Source of the DNA: Candidatus Woesearchaeota archaeon
GTDB lineage: Archaea > Nanobdellota > Nanobdellia > Pacearchaeales > GW2011-AR1
DNA: 42,498 nucleotides
Assembly (NCBI GenBank): GCA_964357505.1
Contig: CAYHLN010000002.1
Coordinates: 1-42,498, forward strand
Direction: 5' to 3'
Under the pieces are notes generated by a model that saw only the letters and a program-made list of their open reading frames with translations, did not search any database and was not told the DNA's origin. Position 1 is the stretch's first letter, and each line of letters starts with the position of its first letter. Shown piece after piece: positions 34,769-42,498 of this stretch. Position numbers and translations under genes: made by a program.

Positions 34769-35884
34769 TTAAGCCACTAGCTGTCGCACAATTGTTTCGA
34801 TACCCGAAACAACACGCTCTTCGTGCGATCGCAAATCCGGATCAAATCTCCTTCCAAGCAGGTGCTGAATGCCTTCAATATAGCGCACTGCGATGAGTGC
34901 TCGTTGCTCGTCTGTGTATCCTCGTTCTCCTTCAGACATACCTCGAGCAAATTCCTTAGAATAAGATATTGGATTAAGCTCGCTTATTTCTTTAGACGCT
35001 AATTTGTTCAATTGATCCTGATAATCGGCTGCAAGCCAAAATCGAGAAGAATCCATAGTCCAAATCTCATCCTGTGAAACAATCATTCCTGCGCGATTGA
35101 TTCCATGCTCCGTCTTTGTATCAACCGCAATAATTCCTTTAGCATCCAAAAAGAGAGAAACTCTATCAAAAGCAGCAAGAGAGCCGTTTCTAATCTGTGC
35201 ATACTGCTGTGGCGTACAAATTTCTCGCTCGAACAATTGGTCTGGAGAAATCGATTCATCATGGTCATCGGATTTGGTTGAAGGGGTGTCCATAACGTAC
35301 GGTAACTTTCCATTGGCAATGAGACTATCAGGCAACTCATGTCCACAAAAGGTCCGTTCACCACGGATAAAATGCTGATAGAGTGAAGTTGACGTCGAGC
35401 TCTTCGCCATATACGCCCTTAATACATTTTCAAACGCAATTTGCTTCAAGTTCTCGGCTGCAACAACAATCGAGCTGTCCGCAAGCCCATCTATATCAAA
35501 TTGCGATGTGCCAATAAGATCAGTAAGCATTCTTCGCATATGGTTGTGATTTGCCGCTAAAATCTGATCCTTAAAGGGAATTTTTCCCCTGTTAATATCG
35601 TGCGTTGAAATGCGCTGCGTCCGGACCATAATGCGCAAGGGAGTCCCATCGTTCGTTTCAAGAACAGGATTTTCATACTCTATACGCTGCCCAGTTGCTT
35701 TATCAGTATAGCTGCCCACCCCTCCAAAGATAGAATCGGAAACTTTGCCAGGTTTGACACGGAAGTCCTTCAAAGATGGAATAGCACCAGAATCAAGAAT
35801 TTCTTGAACAGAAACAACATGGTCCTCGCCGCCCATATAGGTATCCACAAGTTTCCTTGATTCATCGGGAGTTAAGAGTTTCAT
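34769..35884 (-). CDS. purC: SAICAR synthetase-like protein (PurC, long form)
   Basis: The segment RISTHDINRGKIPFKDQIL resembles the PurC R(I/L)SAFD...IP.KG motif. The ATG at 35884 overlaps the purE stop by ATGA. Confidence 0.6.
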   Translation of the reverse strand: MKLLTPDESRKLVDTYMGGEDHVVSVQEILDSGAIPSLKDFRVKPGKVSDSIFGGVGSYTDKATGQRIEYENPVLETNDGTPLRIMVRTQRISTHDINRGKIPFKDQILAANHNHMRRMLTDLIGTSQFDIDGLADSSIVVAAENLKQIAFENVLRAYMAKSSTSTSLYQHFIRGERTFCGHELPDSLIANGKLPYVMDTPSTKSDDHDESISPDQLFEREICTPQQYAQIRNGSLAAFDRVSLFLDAKGIIAVDTKTEHGINRAGMIVSQDEIWTMDSSRFWLAADYQDQLNKLASKEISELNPISYSKEFARGMSEGERGYTDEQRALIAVRYIEGIQHLLGRRFDPDLRSHEERVVSGIETIVRQLVA

Positions 35885-36399
35885 AAAGATTTTGCCTCCA
35901 ATTCTCTTTGGGTTGCTCTGCACGCTTCTTCTAGAGATCTGATCTTTTCTCTTTTTTCCTCTTCTAATAGTTCCCTAATACTCGAATTCACTCCTGCAAA
36001 CATTTGCGCAACAAACCTTCCGACATTTCCAGGCTTGCTGATATAGGCGCTGGAACTTCCCGAAGGATTGGTAAGGCACGATTCGTTCCGGCCATCAGGC
36101 GGGCTGCTAATAACGGGTCCTAAAGCGTGATAGGATAACGTTCCTGACAGCGCGTCTGTTCCGCCCGCAACAGCAATATACGCAACAGATCCCCCAACTT
36201 CATCATATACTCTAATTATGCGCATTAAGGTTTCAGGCTGTTTATGTGCCGAGCAAATCTGTATATCGTAGGGCAGACCATATCTCTCCAAAGATGTAAT
36301 GATTTCATCAATATGCTTTCTATCACTATCAGAGCCAGCCATAATAACCGCGCAGCCTCTTCCGGACTGCATTGCAGATCTAAATTGTTCTCTAATCAT
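35881..36399 (-). CDS. purE: PurE-family (AIR carboxylase/N5-CAIR mutase) protein
   Basis: Motifs present are VIMAGSDSD, CSAHKQPE and IAVAGGTDALSG. A TTTATATAAT-type box lies about 26 nt upstream. Confidence 0.75.
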   Translation of the reverse strand: MIREQFRSAMQSGRGCAVIMAGSDSDRKHIDEIITSLERYGLPYDIQICSAHKQPETLMRIIRVYDEVGGSVAYIAVAGGTDALSGTLSYHALGPVISSPPDGRNESCLTNPSGSSSAYISKPGNVGRFVAQMFAGVNSSIRELLEEEKREKIRSLEEACRATQRELEAKSL

Positions 36400-36595
36400 C
36401 CAAGATCTTGCTGACGGAGATTTATATAATCTTGCGATATTTTTTTACTCAATGATAGTAGCAATAAACATTAAAATTTAAATTAAACTTCAAAGCCTAT
36501 TCCTATTTTCACACCTTAAGGGACAAAGTCAATCTTAAAAATGTTTCATTTTACTTTCAAAGTTAACGAGGCAAAAGCGTAAGGCTCAAACGTAC

Positions 36596-38512
36596 CTATT
36601 TCTTGAAATCATTTCGTTTCAAGAACGTATTGACAAACGTAGTATGTTTTGCATGATCCTTGATTTTAAGGATTTTCCAGCCTTTCTCAGCTCGTGCAGC
36701 GCTTACTTCAGAAGCAACCTTTCGGTAAAAGCTCTCGCTCGCCAAAAGAACACCCTGAGATCCTGCCGATGCAGCAGCCATATTCTTAGATCTTCCAATG
36801 CTATTCTGCACAGAAGCATAAGACAACTTCTTGCCCTCATAGCCAGTAATCAGCTGCCCATCGACCACTCCAGCGCCAACCTTTACTTTATAGCGCGCGA
36901 GGCGATTATAGTCCTGAGCTTTAGTAGAACATTCAAAGCCAGCGCGAAGCGCTTTCTGCAAATAGTCTACTCCACTCACGCGAGGGGTAAAGAGCCCAAC
37001 AAGTGCGGTTCCTTCATCAACAACATGCCCGCCCATGGTGGTCAGCGTAGACTTGAAATCATCAATAAGTCCAATTCCTTCATTATGTGATGGCCGAGCA
37101 ACAGAGAGAGAAACAATAGCCGCATCTTCTTTTTCCCCTTGATTGAAGCTTGCGCTTGTCAAATTAACCGTTCGCGGCATCGGCTGCATACGGGATGAAG
37201 GTTCAACATCTCCATAGTGAAGCCGTCGAGCACGGTAGTAGCGTATTCCAAAGAAGAGTAATCCTAGCACAACAATAATGGCTAAGGCTGGAAAGATAAG
37301 CCGCACGCCACCAAGAGAGCTATACTCACCAATGTCAATCGCTCGTCCAGTCAACGGGATGCCTGAAGTGACAAGCTCATTAGTGCTATCTCGAACCGCG
37401 ATAGTATAGGTTGAAGGAGGCGCGCTCAACTTGAGGCGTCGCATGCCGCCAACAGGGATCGATACATCTCGTACTACCGTGACGTCATTAAAGCTTACCT
37501 GGACCGTTTCCTCATAAGGAACATTGCCAATATTATGCACAATCAAAGTCGAATTTTCAATCTCAAAAGAAGCTGCCTCATACTCCAAGACATGCAAACT
37601 AACGCTATCCTCCTTCGATTGCGTTTCCACTTCCAAGATCCAATTACCCGGAGTAGCGTTCAAGCTAACATTATAGGTATGCTCAATCCCGGAAGAAAAA
37701 ATACGTGAGAAAACAAGCGTACCTTCCGGATCATACAGCCTACCGCTCAAATCATGAGACATCTTCGTGCCGACCTGATCAAAAACATACGGTGTGAAAA
37801 CCAATAGCTCTCCAGGGGTAAGCTCATAAGAGGAAGGCACAACGCTTACCTTATCAACAACGCTAACCACTGTCAGGTTTTTGGTGTAATTGCCTTCATT
37901 GCTTACAAATCCAGCACTATCTCGTTCATACACTCTCAAAAAAAGTTCATGCTCGCTAGGAGCGATTGCATGAGGAAGAATAATCTCAAGTGAAAACTGT
38001 CCATCTCGAACAGGTACAGACAAAGACAATCCAGCAAAAGACACATCGGCATAGCCGCTTGCTGCTCGCCCATTAGGAGTTCGAGCAACGCCACTGATCT
38101 TTACAACCTCATCTGGCCGGTAGAGCGTCTTTTCAATAACTGGCTCGATAATAAGAACACGGGTAAGCAAGAAAGAAGGGCTTTGACGTTGCTGCCCTGC
38201 ATAAGAAGCGTCAAAAAAGCAGGTACCTGAAAGGCTATTAAAAAGTGCATTCGTAGTTAAGAAAGATAAATCAACAAATCGTTGTTCCCCTTGGGCCAGA
38301 GTCAGAGGAGCACGGTAAAAGTCCATTTCCGATTGCCCGCAGCGAATAAAAACCGTAAGAAAATCGGTCTGAGCACTATCTGCAACAACAGTAAGGCCTG
38401 CCTCGATTCTATCACCAAATGAATAACTTTGGCCAACTTGTGAGAAAAGTATCTCTCCAGAACTCAAAGGAAGTACCAGTAGAATCAAAAACAATAACAA
38501 TCCTCTTTTCAT
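36596..38512 (-). CDS. Single-pass receptor-like protein: signal peptide, about 400-aa beta-rich ectodomain, TM, and a cytoplasmic domain resembling a degenerate class III nucleotidyl-cyclase fold
   Basis: The signal peptide is MKRGLLLFLILLVLPLSSG and the TM is LIFPALAIIVVLGLLFFGI. The C-domain segments AAIVSLSV...GGHVVDEGTALVGLFTP...VKVGAGVVDGQLITG...SYASVQNSIGRSKNMAAASAGSQGVLLAS parallel the cyclase blocks. Confidence 0.7.
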   Translation of the reverse strand: MKRGLLLFLILLVLPLSSGEILFSQVGQSYSFGDRIEAGLTVVADSAQTDFLTVFIRCGQSEMDFYRAPLTLAQGEQRFVDLSFLTTNALFNSLSGTCFFDASYAGQQRQSPSFLLTRVLIIEPVIEKTLYRPDEVVKISGVARTPNGRAASGYADVSFAGLSLSVPVRDGQFSLEIILPHAIAPSEHELFLRVYERDSAGFVSNEGNYTKNLTVVSVVDKVSVVPSSYELTPGELLVFTPYVFDQVGTKMSHDLSGRLYDPEGTLVFSRIFSSGIEHTYNVSLNATPGNWILEVETQSKEDSVSLHVLEYEAASFEIENSTLIVHNIGNVPYEETVQVSFNDVTVVRDVSIPVGGMRRLKLSAPPSTYTIAVRDSTNELVTSGIPLTGRAIDIGEYSSLGGVRLIFPALAIIVVLGLLFFGIRYYRARRLHYGDVEPSSRMQPMPRTVNLTSASFNQGEKEDAAIVSLSVARPSHNEGIGLIDDFKSTLTTMGGHVVDEGTALVGLFTPRVSGVDYLQKALRAGFECSTKAQDYNRLARYKVKVGAGVVDGQLITGYEGKKLSYASVQNSIGRSKNMAAASAGSQGVLLASESFYRKVASEVSAARAEKGWKILKIKDHAKHTTFVNTFLKRNDFKK

Positions 38513-38586
38513 ACTAACACTACTACCGACGTCTATATAAAGATTATCGTCACCACTTTTATAAAGCGCAAGTACGTCTAAAATAC

Positions 38587-39714
38587 ATGTCCAAGGAAAA
38601 AGGTGCGGTGACGCCCTGGTCTGTTTCAGGAGCAGTTGATTATGACCGGCTCATTACTGAATTTGGTGTTGAAAAGCTCACACCCTTACTCAACTCCAAA
38701 CTCAAATCAATAGCAAAAGAAGACCATTTTATGCTTTCTCGTCACGTCTTCTTTGCACATCGCGATCTCGCCTGGCTCTTGAGTGAGTATGAAAAAGGCA
38801 ATAAGTTCTTCTTGTACACGGGCCGCGCTCCTTCAGGAAAGATACACCTCGGCCATATTGTTCCTTGGGTTTTCACTCAGTGGCTCCAACAACAATTAGG
38901 TGTTGACCTCTGGTTCCAATTCCCTGATGAAGAAAAGTTCTTGTTCAAACGTGAACTAGAGTTTGAGCAGGTGCAAGAATACCTCAAAGATAACATGCTT
39001 GACGTCATTGCTCTCGGTTTTAATCCTGCAAAAACATATTTTCTTATTGACACTCAGCATGCCTCGTTAATGTACAAGCATGCATGTACTGTAGCAAAAA
39101 AAATTACATTCTCAATGGTGAAATCTTCCTTTGGTATGACAGAAAGCTCAAACATCGGTTCAATCTTTTACACGGCAATGCAAACCGTTCCCACATTCCT
39201 ACCTTCCGTGCTTAAAGGCAAGAACATACCTTGCCTGATTCCGCATGCAATAGACCAAGATCCACACTTCAGGCTTACCCGTGATATTTTACCCAAGCTT
39301 GGATATTACAAACCCGCTTCAATCCAATGTTCATTCTTGCCGCCGTTAATGGGCGACGAAGGCAAAATGTCTTCCTCAGAAGAAAATGGAGCCATCTTCC
39401 TTTCCGATAGCCCTCAAGACGTAAAACGTAAAATCAACAAGTATGCCTTTTCTGGCGGTCGCGATACGCTCGAAGAGCACCGTAAGTATGGAGGCAATCC
39501 AGACATCGATATTTCATTCATCTACCTCAAGATGTTACTTGAACCAGATAATAAAAAATTAGAAAAAATAGAACGCGACTATCGTTCCGGCAAGCTTCTA
39601 TCGGGTGAACTGAAAGCAATTACCATAGATAAAATCAACACGTTCCTGAAAGAACACCAAGCAAGCAAGAAAAAAGCTACTCCACAACTCAACAAGTTTA
39701 TCTTCAAAAATTAA
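38587..39714 (+). CDS. trpS: Tryptophanyl-tRNA synthetase (archaeal/eukaryotic type)
   Basis: The class I signatures are GKIHLGH (the HIGH motif) and GKMSSS (the KMSKS motif). It is 375 aa. Confidence 0.88.
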   Translation: MSKEKGAVTPWSVSGAVDYDRLITEFGVEKLTPLLNSKLKSIAKEDHFMLSRHVFFAHRDLAWLLSEYEKGNKFFLYTGRAPSGKIHLGHIVPWVFTQWLQQQLGVDLWFQFPDEEKFLFKRELEFEQVQEYLKDNMLDVIALGFNPAKTYFLIDTQHASLMYKHACTVAKKITFSMVKSSFGMTESSNIGSIFYTAMQTVPTFLPSVLKGKNIPCLIPHAIDQDPHFRLTRDILPKLGYYKPASIQCSFLPPLMGDEGKMSSSEENGAIFLSDSPQDVKRKINKYAFSGGRDTLEEHRKYGGNPDIDISFIYLKMLLEPDNKKLEKIERDYRSGKLLSGELKAITIDKINTFLKEHQASKKKATPQLNKFIFKN

Positions 39715-40073
39715 GCTGCTCTGTTACAAACGCGGTCAACATACTCAGTCTGCAATCGTGATTGAGCATAACGTCTCACCGTGGGATTCCCAGAAATAAG
39801 AGGTGCATAACCGCGCCCATCTTGTGCAATGGCTGCGCCTGCAGAACGTACAACACTTTTGAGAGTACCCATAGCCAGATCAGTAGTACCATAGAGAGCA
39901 ACTCGAACAACACCATTGTGTGGTTTTCCATGCAACTCGCCTTGCCTCTCGGTTCCATCCGCATAAATAACAAAATGAGCATCCTTGCCTGCGTCACTCA
40001 GCCTGCCAGCGAGCATAGCCATTAGGCCTCTTGCTTCGCGCACATCAACATGAATTCCTCGTTTGTTTGTCAT
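39711..40073 (-). CDS. Hypothetical 120-aa soluble protein, divergent from the three-gene operon
   Basis: The ATG at 40073 (MTNKRGIHVDV...) has a CTTTATATAG box about 25 nt upstream. The 5' extension of the track ORF runs through AT-rich promoter sequence. The gene looks more GC-rich than the adjacent operon by eye. Confidence 0.55.
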   Translation of the reverse strand: MTNKRGIHVDVREARGLMAMLAGRLSDAGKDAHFVIYADGTERQGELHGKPHNGVVRVALYGTTDLAMGTLKSVVRSAGAAIAQDGRGYAPLISGNPTVRRYAQSRLQTEYVDRVCNRAA

Positions 40074-40093
40074 ACTTTTTATCATTCCTACAA

Positions 40094-40103
40094 CTATATA
40101 AAG
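40094..40103 (-). promoter_or_regulatory. TATA box for the 39711-40073 gene
   Basis: The minus strand reads CTTTATATAG. Its centre is about 25 nt from the ATG at 40073. Confidence 0.45.
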
Positions 40104-40146
40104 CTTTCCATTAATGTTATTATTAAGTAGTAACATAATAAGAAGG

Positions 40147-40156
40147 TTTAAATATA
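40147..40156 (+). promoter_or_regulatory. TATA box for the three-gene operon
   Basis: The sequence is TTTAAATATA. Its centre is about 24-25 nt from the ATG at 40176. Confidence 0.45.
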
Positions 40157-40175
40157 CAAAAATAGCTACCTCATC

Positions 40176-40373
40176 ATGGACTATGAAGACCCTAGAAGCA
40201 TAGCGCAAGAACACGACCAATTATATTGGCAAATGGTAGGAAAAAACAGTTCGCTATTAAGCGGAAAAGGCGAACTTGAAGACTTGCTTGATGAAAGGAA
40301 TAAATATCAATTTATCCAGCATATTCACCAATTTCAAATGCCCATGAATCCGTCTCTATTTTGGAGGCAGTAG
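40176..40373 (+). CDS. Hypothetical small acidic protein Q1 (65 aa)
   Basis: It is the leaderless-type first gene of the operon. Its stop lies 4 nt before the Q2 ATG. Confidence 0.5.
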   Translation: MDYEDPRSIAQEHDQLYWQMVGKNSSLLSGKGELEDLLDERNKYQFIQHIHQFQMPMNPSLFWRQ

Positions 40374-40377
40374 CACA

Positions 40378-40815
40378 ATGACCGAACAAACACTTCGTAT
40401 TTACTTAGAACAAAGATTAGGAATAAAAGCCAATGATGCAGAAGAAACTAAAATAAGTGAGCTACTTTCAAGAATGTGTGAGAATGAAGCGGAAGCTGGA
40501 AATCATCTTGGTGCAAAACACTTAGGAAATATTACTCTAATTTTAGGATCCGAAGAGCAAAGACGTAAGACCTTAGAAATATTTGAAATCCCAATAGATC
40601 GCAAATATGCCATTGCTGATTTAGTCCGCGAATACATGATAGAACAAGAATATGACACATTTGAAACAATAGCTGGAGAAATTAGCCCCAATTGTAGATG
40701 GGATGAATATTTTAACGACCAAGGAGAAAGAAGAAGAGTTGAATTTATACGTAATTTTAATCTACTAAAAGCAGATAATCTAAAAATTCAATTATTTGAA
40801 ATGGAGAAAGAATGA
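40378..40815 (+). CDS. Hypothetical acidic soluble protein Q2 (145 aa)
   Basis: An SD GGAGG lies about 12 nt upstream. The N-terminus MTEQTLRIYLEQRLGIKA resembles that of Q3. Confidence 0.65.
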   Translation: MTEQTLRIYLEQRLGIKANDAEETKISELLSRMCENEAEAGNHLGAKHLGNITLILGSEEQRRKTLEIFEIPIDRKYAIADLVREYMIEQEYDTFETIAGEISPNCRWDEYFNDQGERRRVEFIRNFNLLKADNLKIQLFEMEKE

Positions 40816-41210
40816 CACAAACACTAGAAGACTATCTTTCAAGAATTAAAGGGCTCAATGTAAAAGCAAAAAACATTTCAGATGAGTTAGATATAGTCAG
40901 AACCGTAAATAAAACAAGAAAAAGAGAAGGCCTTCCTCAAGGACCAAGAGATTCTTTTATGACTCAGGAAGATATGACTATTTCGGGTAGCGAATTTATG
41001 ATTGGGTTTCTCAAGAATTATGTTACTAATTATATGAATTCGGTAGGATACAACAAGGCAAAAGACGATGAAGATTCTAGAGACAATGAAATATGGTATA
41101 GTCCAATGGACACTAGAAATAGACCAAAATTAATAACTATCCTAGAAACCTCTGAAACAGAAAGAGACCTCTGTCTCGTAGAATATCTAGGAAGTCATGC
41201 TCCTAAATAA
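40812..41210 (+). CDS. Hypothetical soluble protein Q3 (132 aa), possible distant paralogue of Q2
   Basis: It overlaps Q2 by ATGA. An SD-like GGAGAAAG lies upstream. The N-terminus is MTQTLEDYLSRIKGLNVKA. Confidence 0.65.
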   Translation: MTQTLEDYLSRIKGLNVKAKNISDELDIVRTVNKTRKREGLPQGPRDSFMTQEDMTISGSEFMIGFLKNYVTNYMNSVGYNKAKDDEDSRDNEIWYSPMDTRNRPKLITILETSETERDLCLVEYLGSHAPK

Positions 41211-41254
41211 AATAGCAACAAACATTCTTAAAAACCAGCATATATAATCAAGAT

Positions 41255-41390
41255 ATGAAAAAAAGAGCTTAATTTCTCGCAAGAAACAAGAAAAAATATC
41301 GCACAATCTCTGAAAGAAATAAGATTAGGAAAAACCGAATCCTTAGAAGCTATCAAAATAAAACTTAATTCAAAAAAAAAGATAATTTAG
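41255..41390 (+). pseudogene. Frameshifted small ORF (antitoxin-like C-terminal pattern) broken at an A7 homopolymer
   Basis: The ATG at 41255 plus the A7 run gives MKKRA-stop. The +1 frame continues as ELNFSQETRKNIAQSLKEIRLGKTESLEAIKIKLNSKKKII-stop. One A fewer would give a 44-aa ORF. Confidence 0.35.
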
Positions 41391-41437
41391 TCAATAACTT
41401 TCAAAAACCTTTTATACCCTATCTGCATTACTGAACC

Positions 41438-42498
41438 ATGCGAACACTATCCTTGCATTGCGACTATATCAAGTTTAAAGCCGAAAAAAAAGCAGTAAAA
41501 GATGTTCAAGAATTAAGCGAGAAAGACAAAAAAGAGCACGAAATGAAAGAGTGTCTAGTTGTTTTAACAAGCGTGGAAAAAGGCGATGGTGATCAAGAGC
41601 TAGCACAAATGCTAGCAGCGGTTGAGAAACACGCCTCCGAGGTTAAGGCAAAGAACATTGTCGTTTACCCGTACGCACACCTCTCTTCCAATCTTGCACC
41701 GCCAAAGATCGCGGCAGAGATGCTTGAGCAAGCCGAAGCCGCTCTCAGCAAGAAATTCAACACAATGCGCGCGCCATTTGGCTACTATAAAACATTCGAG
41801 CTCAAGACAAAAGGCCATCCGCTTTCGGAGCTGAGCAAGAGCTTTGGTGAAATGCAAGCAAATCCAAGCAAGACGCAACAAAAAACACGACCATCGGGCG
41901 GAGGTAAGTTCGTTCTAGATCGGCGCAATCTTTCACCCTACGACCATCGTATTCTAGGAGAAGACTTAGGCTTATTCACCTTTGCTGAAGAAGTGGGCCC
42001 TGGCTTGCCATTATGGTTGCCGGCAGGGGAATCGATCAGGCACGTACTAACCGAATACATGCGCACGATAGAAGAGAAATACGACTACCAATACGTCACC
42101 ACCCCACACATTACTAAAGGAGAACTCTATGAAAAAACAGGCCATATCCCTTATTATGTAGATTCAATGTATTCGCCGATAGACATTGAAGGTCAGCCCT
42201 ACTATCTGAGGCCAATGAACTGCCCACATCACCATATGATTTTTAACAAAATGGTAAAAAGTTATCGTGATCTTCCATTACGCCTTGCAGAAGCCGGAAC
42301 GGTCTATAGAAATGAACTTTCCGGAGTAACCTACGGTTTAATCCGAGTTCGTGGGATGACGATAAACGATGCACATTTGTACGTTGCTCCGACACAACTG
42401 AAAGAAGAGTTCCTAAAAGTGATTGAAATGTTCGAAGAAGTGTATAAAACGATAGGCATCAAGAACTATTGGTTTAGACTTTCGCTCCCTGATTTTAA
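41438..42498 (+). CDS. thrS: Threonyl-tRNA synthetase with the archaea-specific N-terminal editing domain (partial, continues beyond the window)
   Basis: The translation reads MRTLSLHCDYIKFKA...IVVYPYAHLSSNLAPP...RAPFGYYKTFELKTKGHPLSELS (archaeal editing domain). It continues with the class II core ...YYLRPMNCPHHHMIF...YRNELSG...GLIRVRGMTINDAHLY. A TTTTATAC box lies about 24 nt upstream. Confidence 0.9.
   Translation, partial: MRTLSLHCDYIKFKAEKKAVKDVQELSEKDKKEHEMKECLVVLTSVEKGDGDQELAQMLAAVEKHASEVKAKNIVVYPYAHLSSNLAPPKIAAEMLEQAEAALSKKFNTMRAPFGYYKTFELKTKGHPLSELSKSFGEMQANPSKTQQKTRPSGGGKFVLDRRNLSPYDHRILGEDLGLFTFAEEVGPGLPLWLPAGESIRHVLTEYMRTIEEKYDYQYVTTPHITKGELYEKTGHIPYYVDSMYSPIDIEGQPYYLRPMNCPHHHMIFNKMVKSYRDLPLRLAEAGTVYRNELSGVTYGLIRVRGMTINDAHLYVAPTQLKEEFLKVIEMFEEVYKTIGIKNYWFRLSLPDF

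Noticed and set aside
36400-36595. A possible C/D-box sRNA or other ncRNA in the 196-nt purE upstream spacer (AATGATAG element).
   Set aside because: There is no proper C box (RUGAUGA) with a D box (CUGA) at the right spacing, and no terminal stem. The region is better explained as promoter and spacer.
40074-40220. A 5' extension of the 39711-40220 ORF, and the alternative start MIKSM at 40085.
   Set aside because: The extension runs through the divergent promoter spacer and over the Q1 start. The TATA box spacing (about 25 nt) fits the ATG at 40073.
1-42498. A search for CRISPR arrays, rRNA genes, IS elements, transposases, integrases and prophage genes.
   Set aside because: I saw no regularly spaced repeats, no rRNA-like sequence, and no DDE or tyrosine/serine recombinase-like ORF. 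The only selfish element found is the NrdJ intein. The only repeat-bounded insertion is the integrase-less lemA cassette.

Overview
This window is an archaeal chromosome segment. It carries aEF-2, S7 and S12 of the archaeal/eukaryotic type, a two-KH NusA, RpoH, and a ThrRS with the archaea-specific N-terminal editing domain. The genome looks compact, possibly DPANN-like, but that is inference only. Genes are tightly packed with many 1-4 nt overlaps. First genes of operons look leaderless, with a TATA-like box about 24-27 nt upstream of the ATG. Internal genes carry GGAGG-like Shine-Dalgarno (SD) motifs.

Core content:
- The conserved cluster rpoH-rpoB-rpoA-nusA / rps12-rps7 / fusA, with an unsplit and short rpoA.
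- An nrdR-nrdJ operon with a LAGLIDADG intein and two NrdR boxes.
- tRNA-Lys(UUU).
- Housekeeping genes: trx, an IMPDH/GMPR-family gene, pepF, csp, Nudix, a cysteine desulfurase, lemA, htpX, purE/purC, trpS and thrS.

What looks unusual:
1. A translationally coupled four-gene operon of small glycine-zipper/TM proteins is divergent from a tandem (double) Lrp/AsnC regulator. It is wedged between rps7 and fusA.
2. A three-gene operon of acidic soluble unknowns sits between trpS and thrS, with a divergent unknown gene.
3. A ribbon-helix-helix (RHH)-like ORF is translationally coupled between rps12 and rps7. An opposite-strand ORF splits nusA from rps12.
4. An AT-rich single-gene cassette is flanked by perfect 20-bp direct repeats that re-create the lemA 3' end.
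5. A receptor-like membrane protein has a degenerate class III cyclase-like cytoplasmic domain.

No rRNA, CRISPR array, transposase or integrase was seen. All calls come from reading the sequence and ORF translations by eye. No database search was run.
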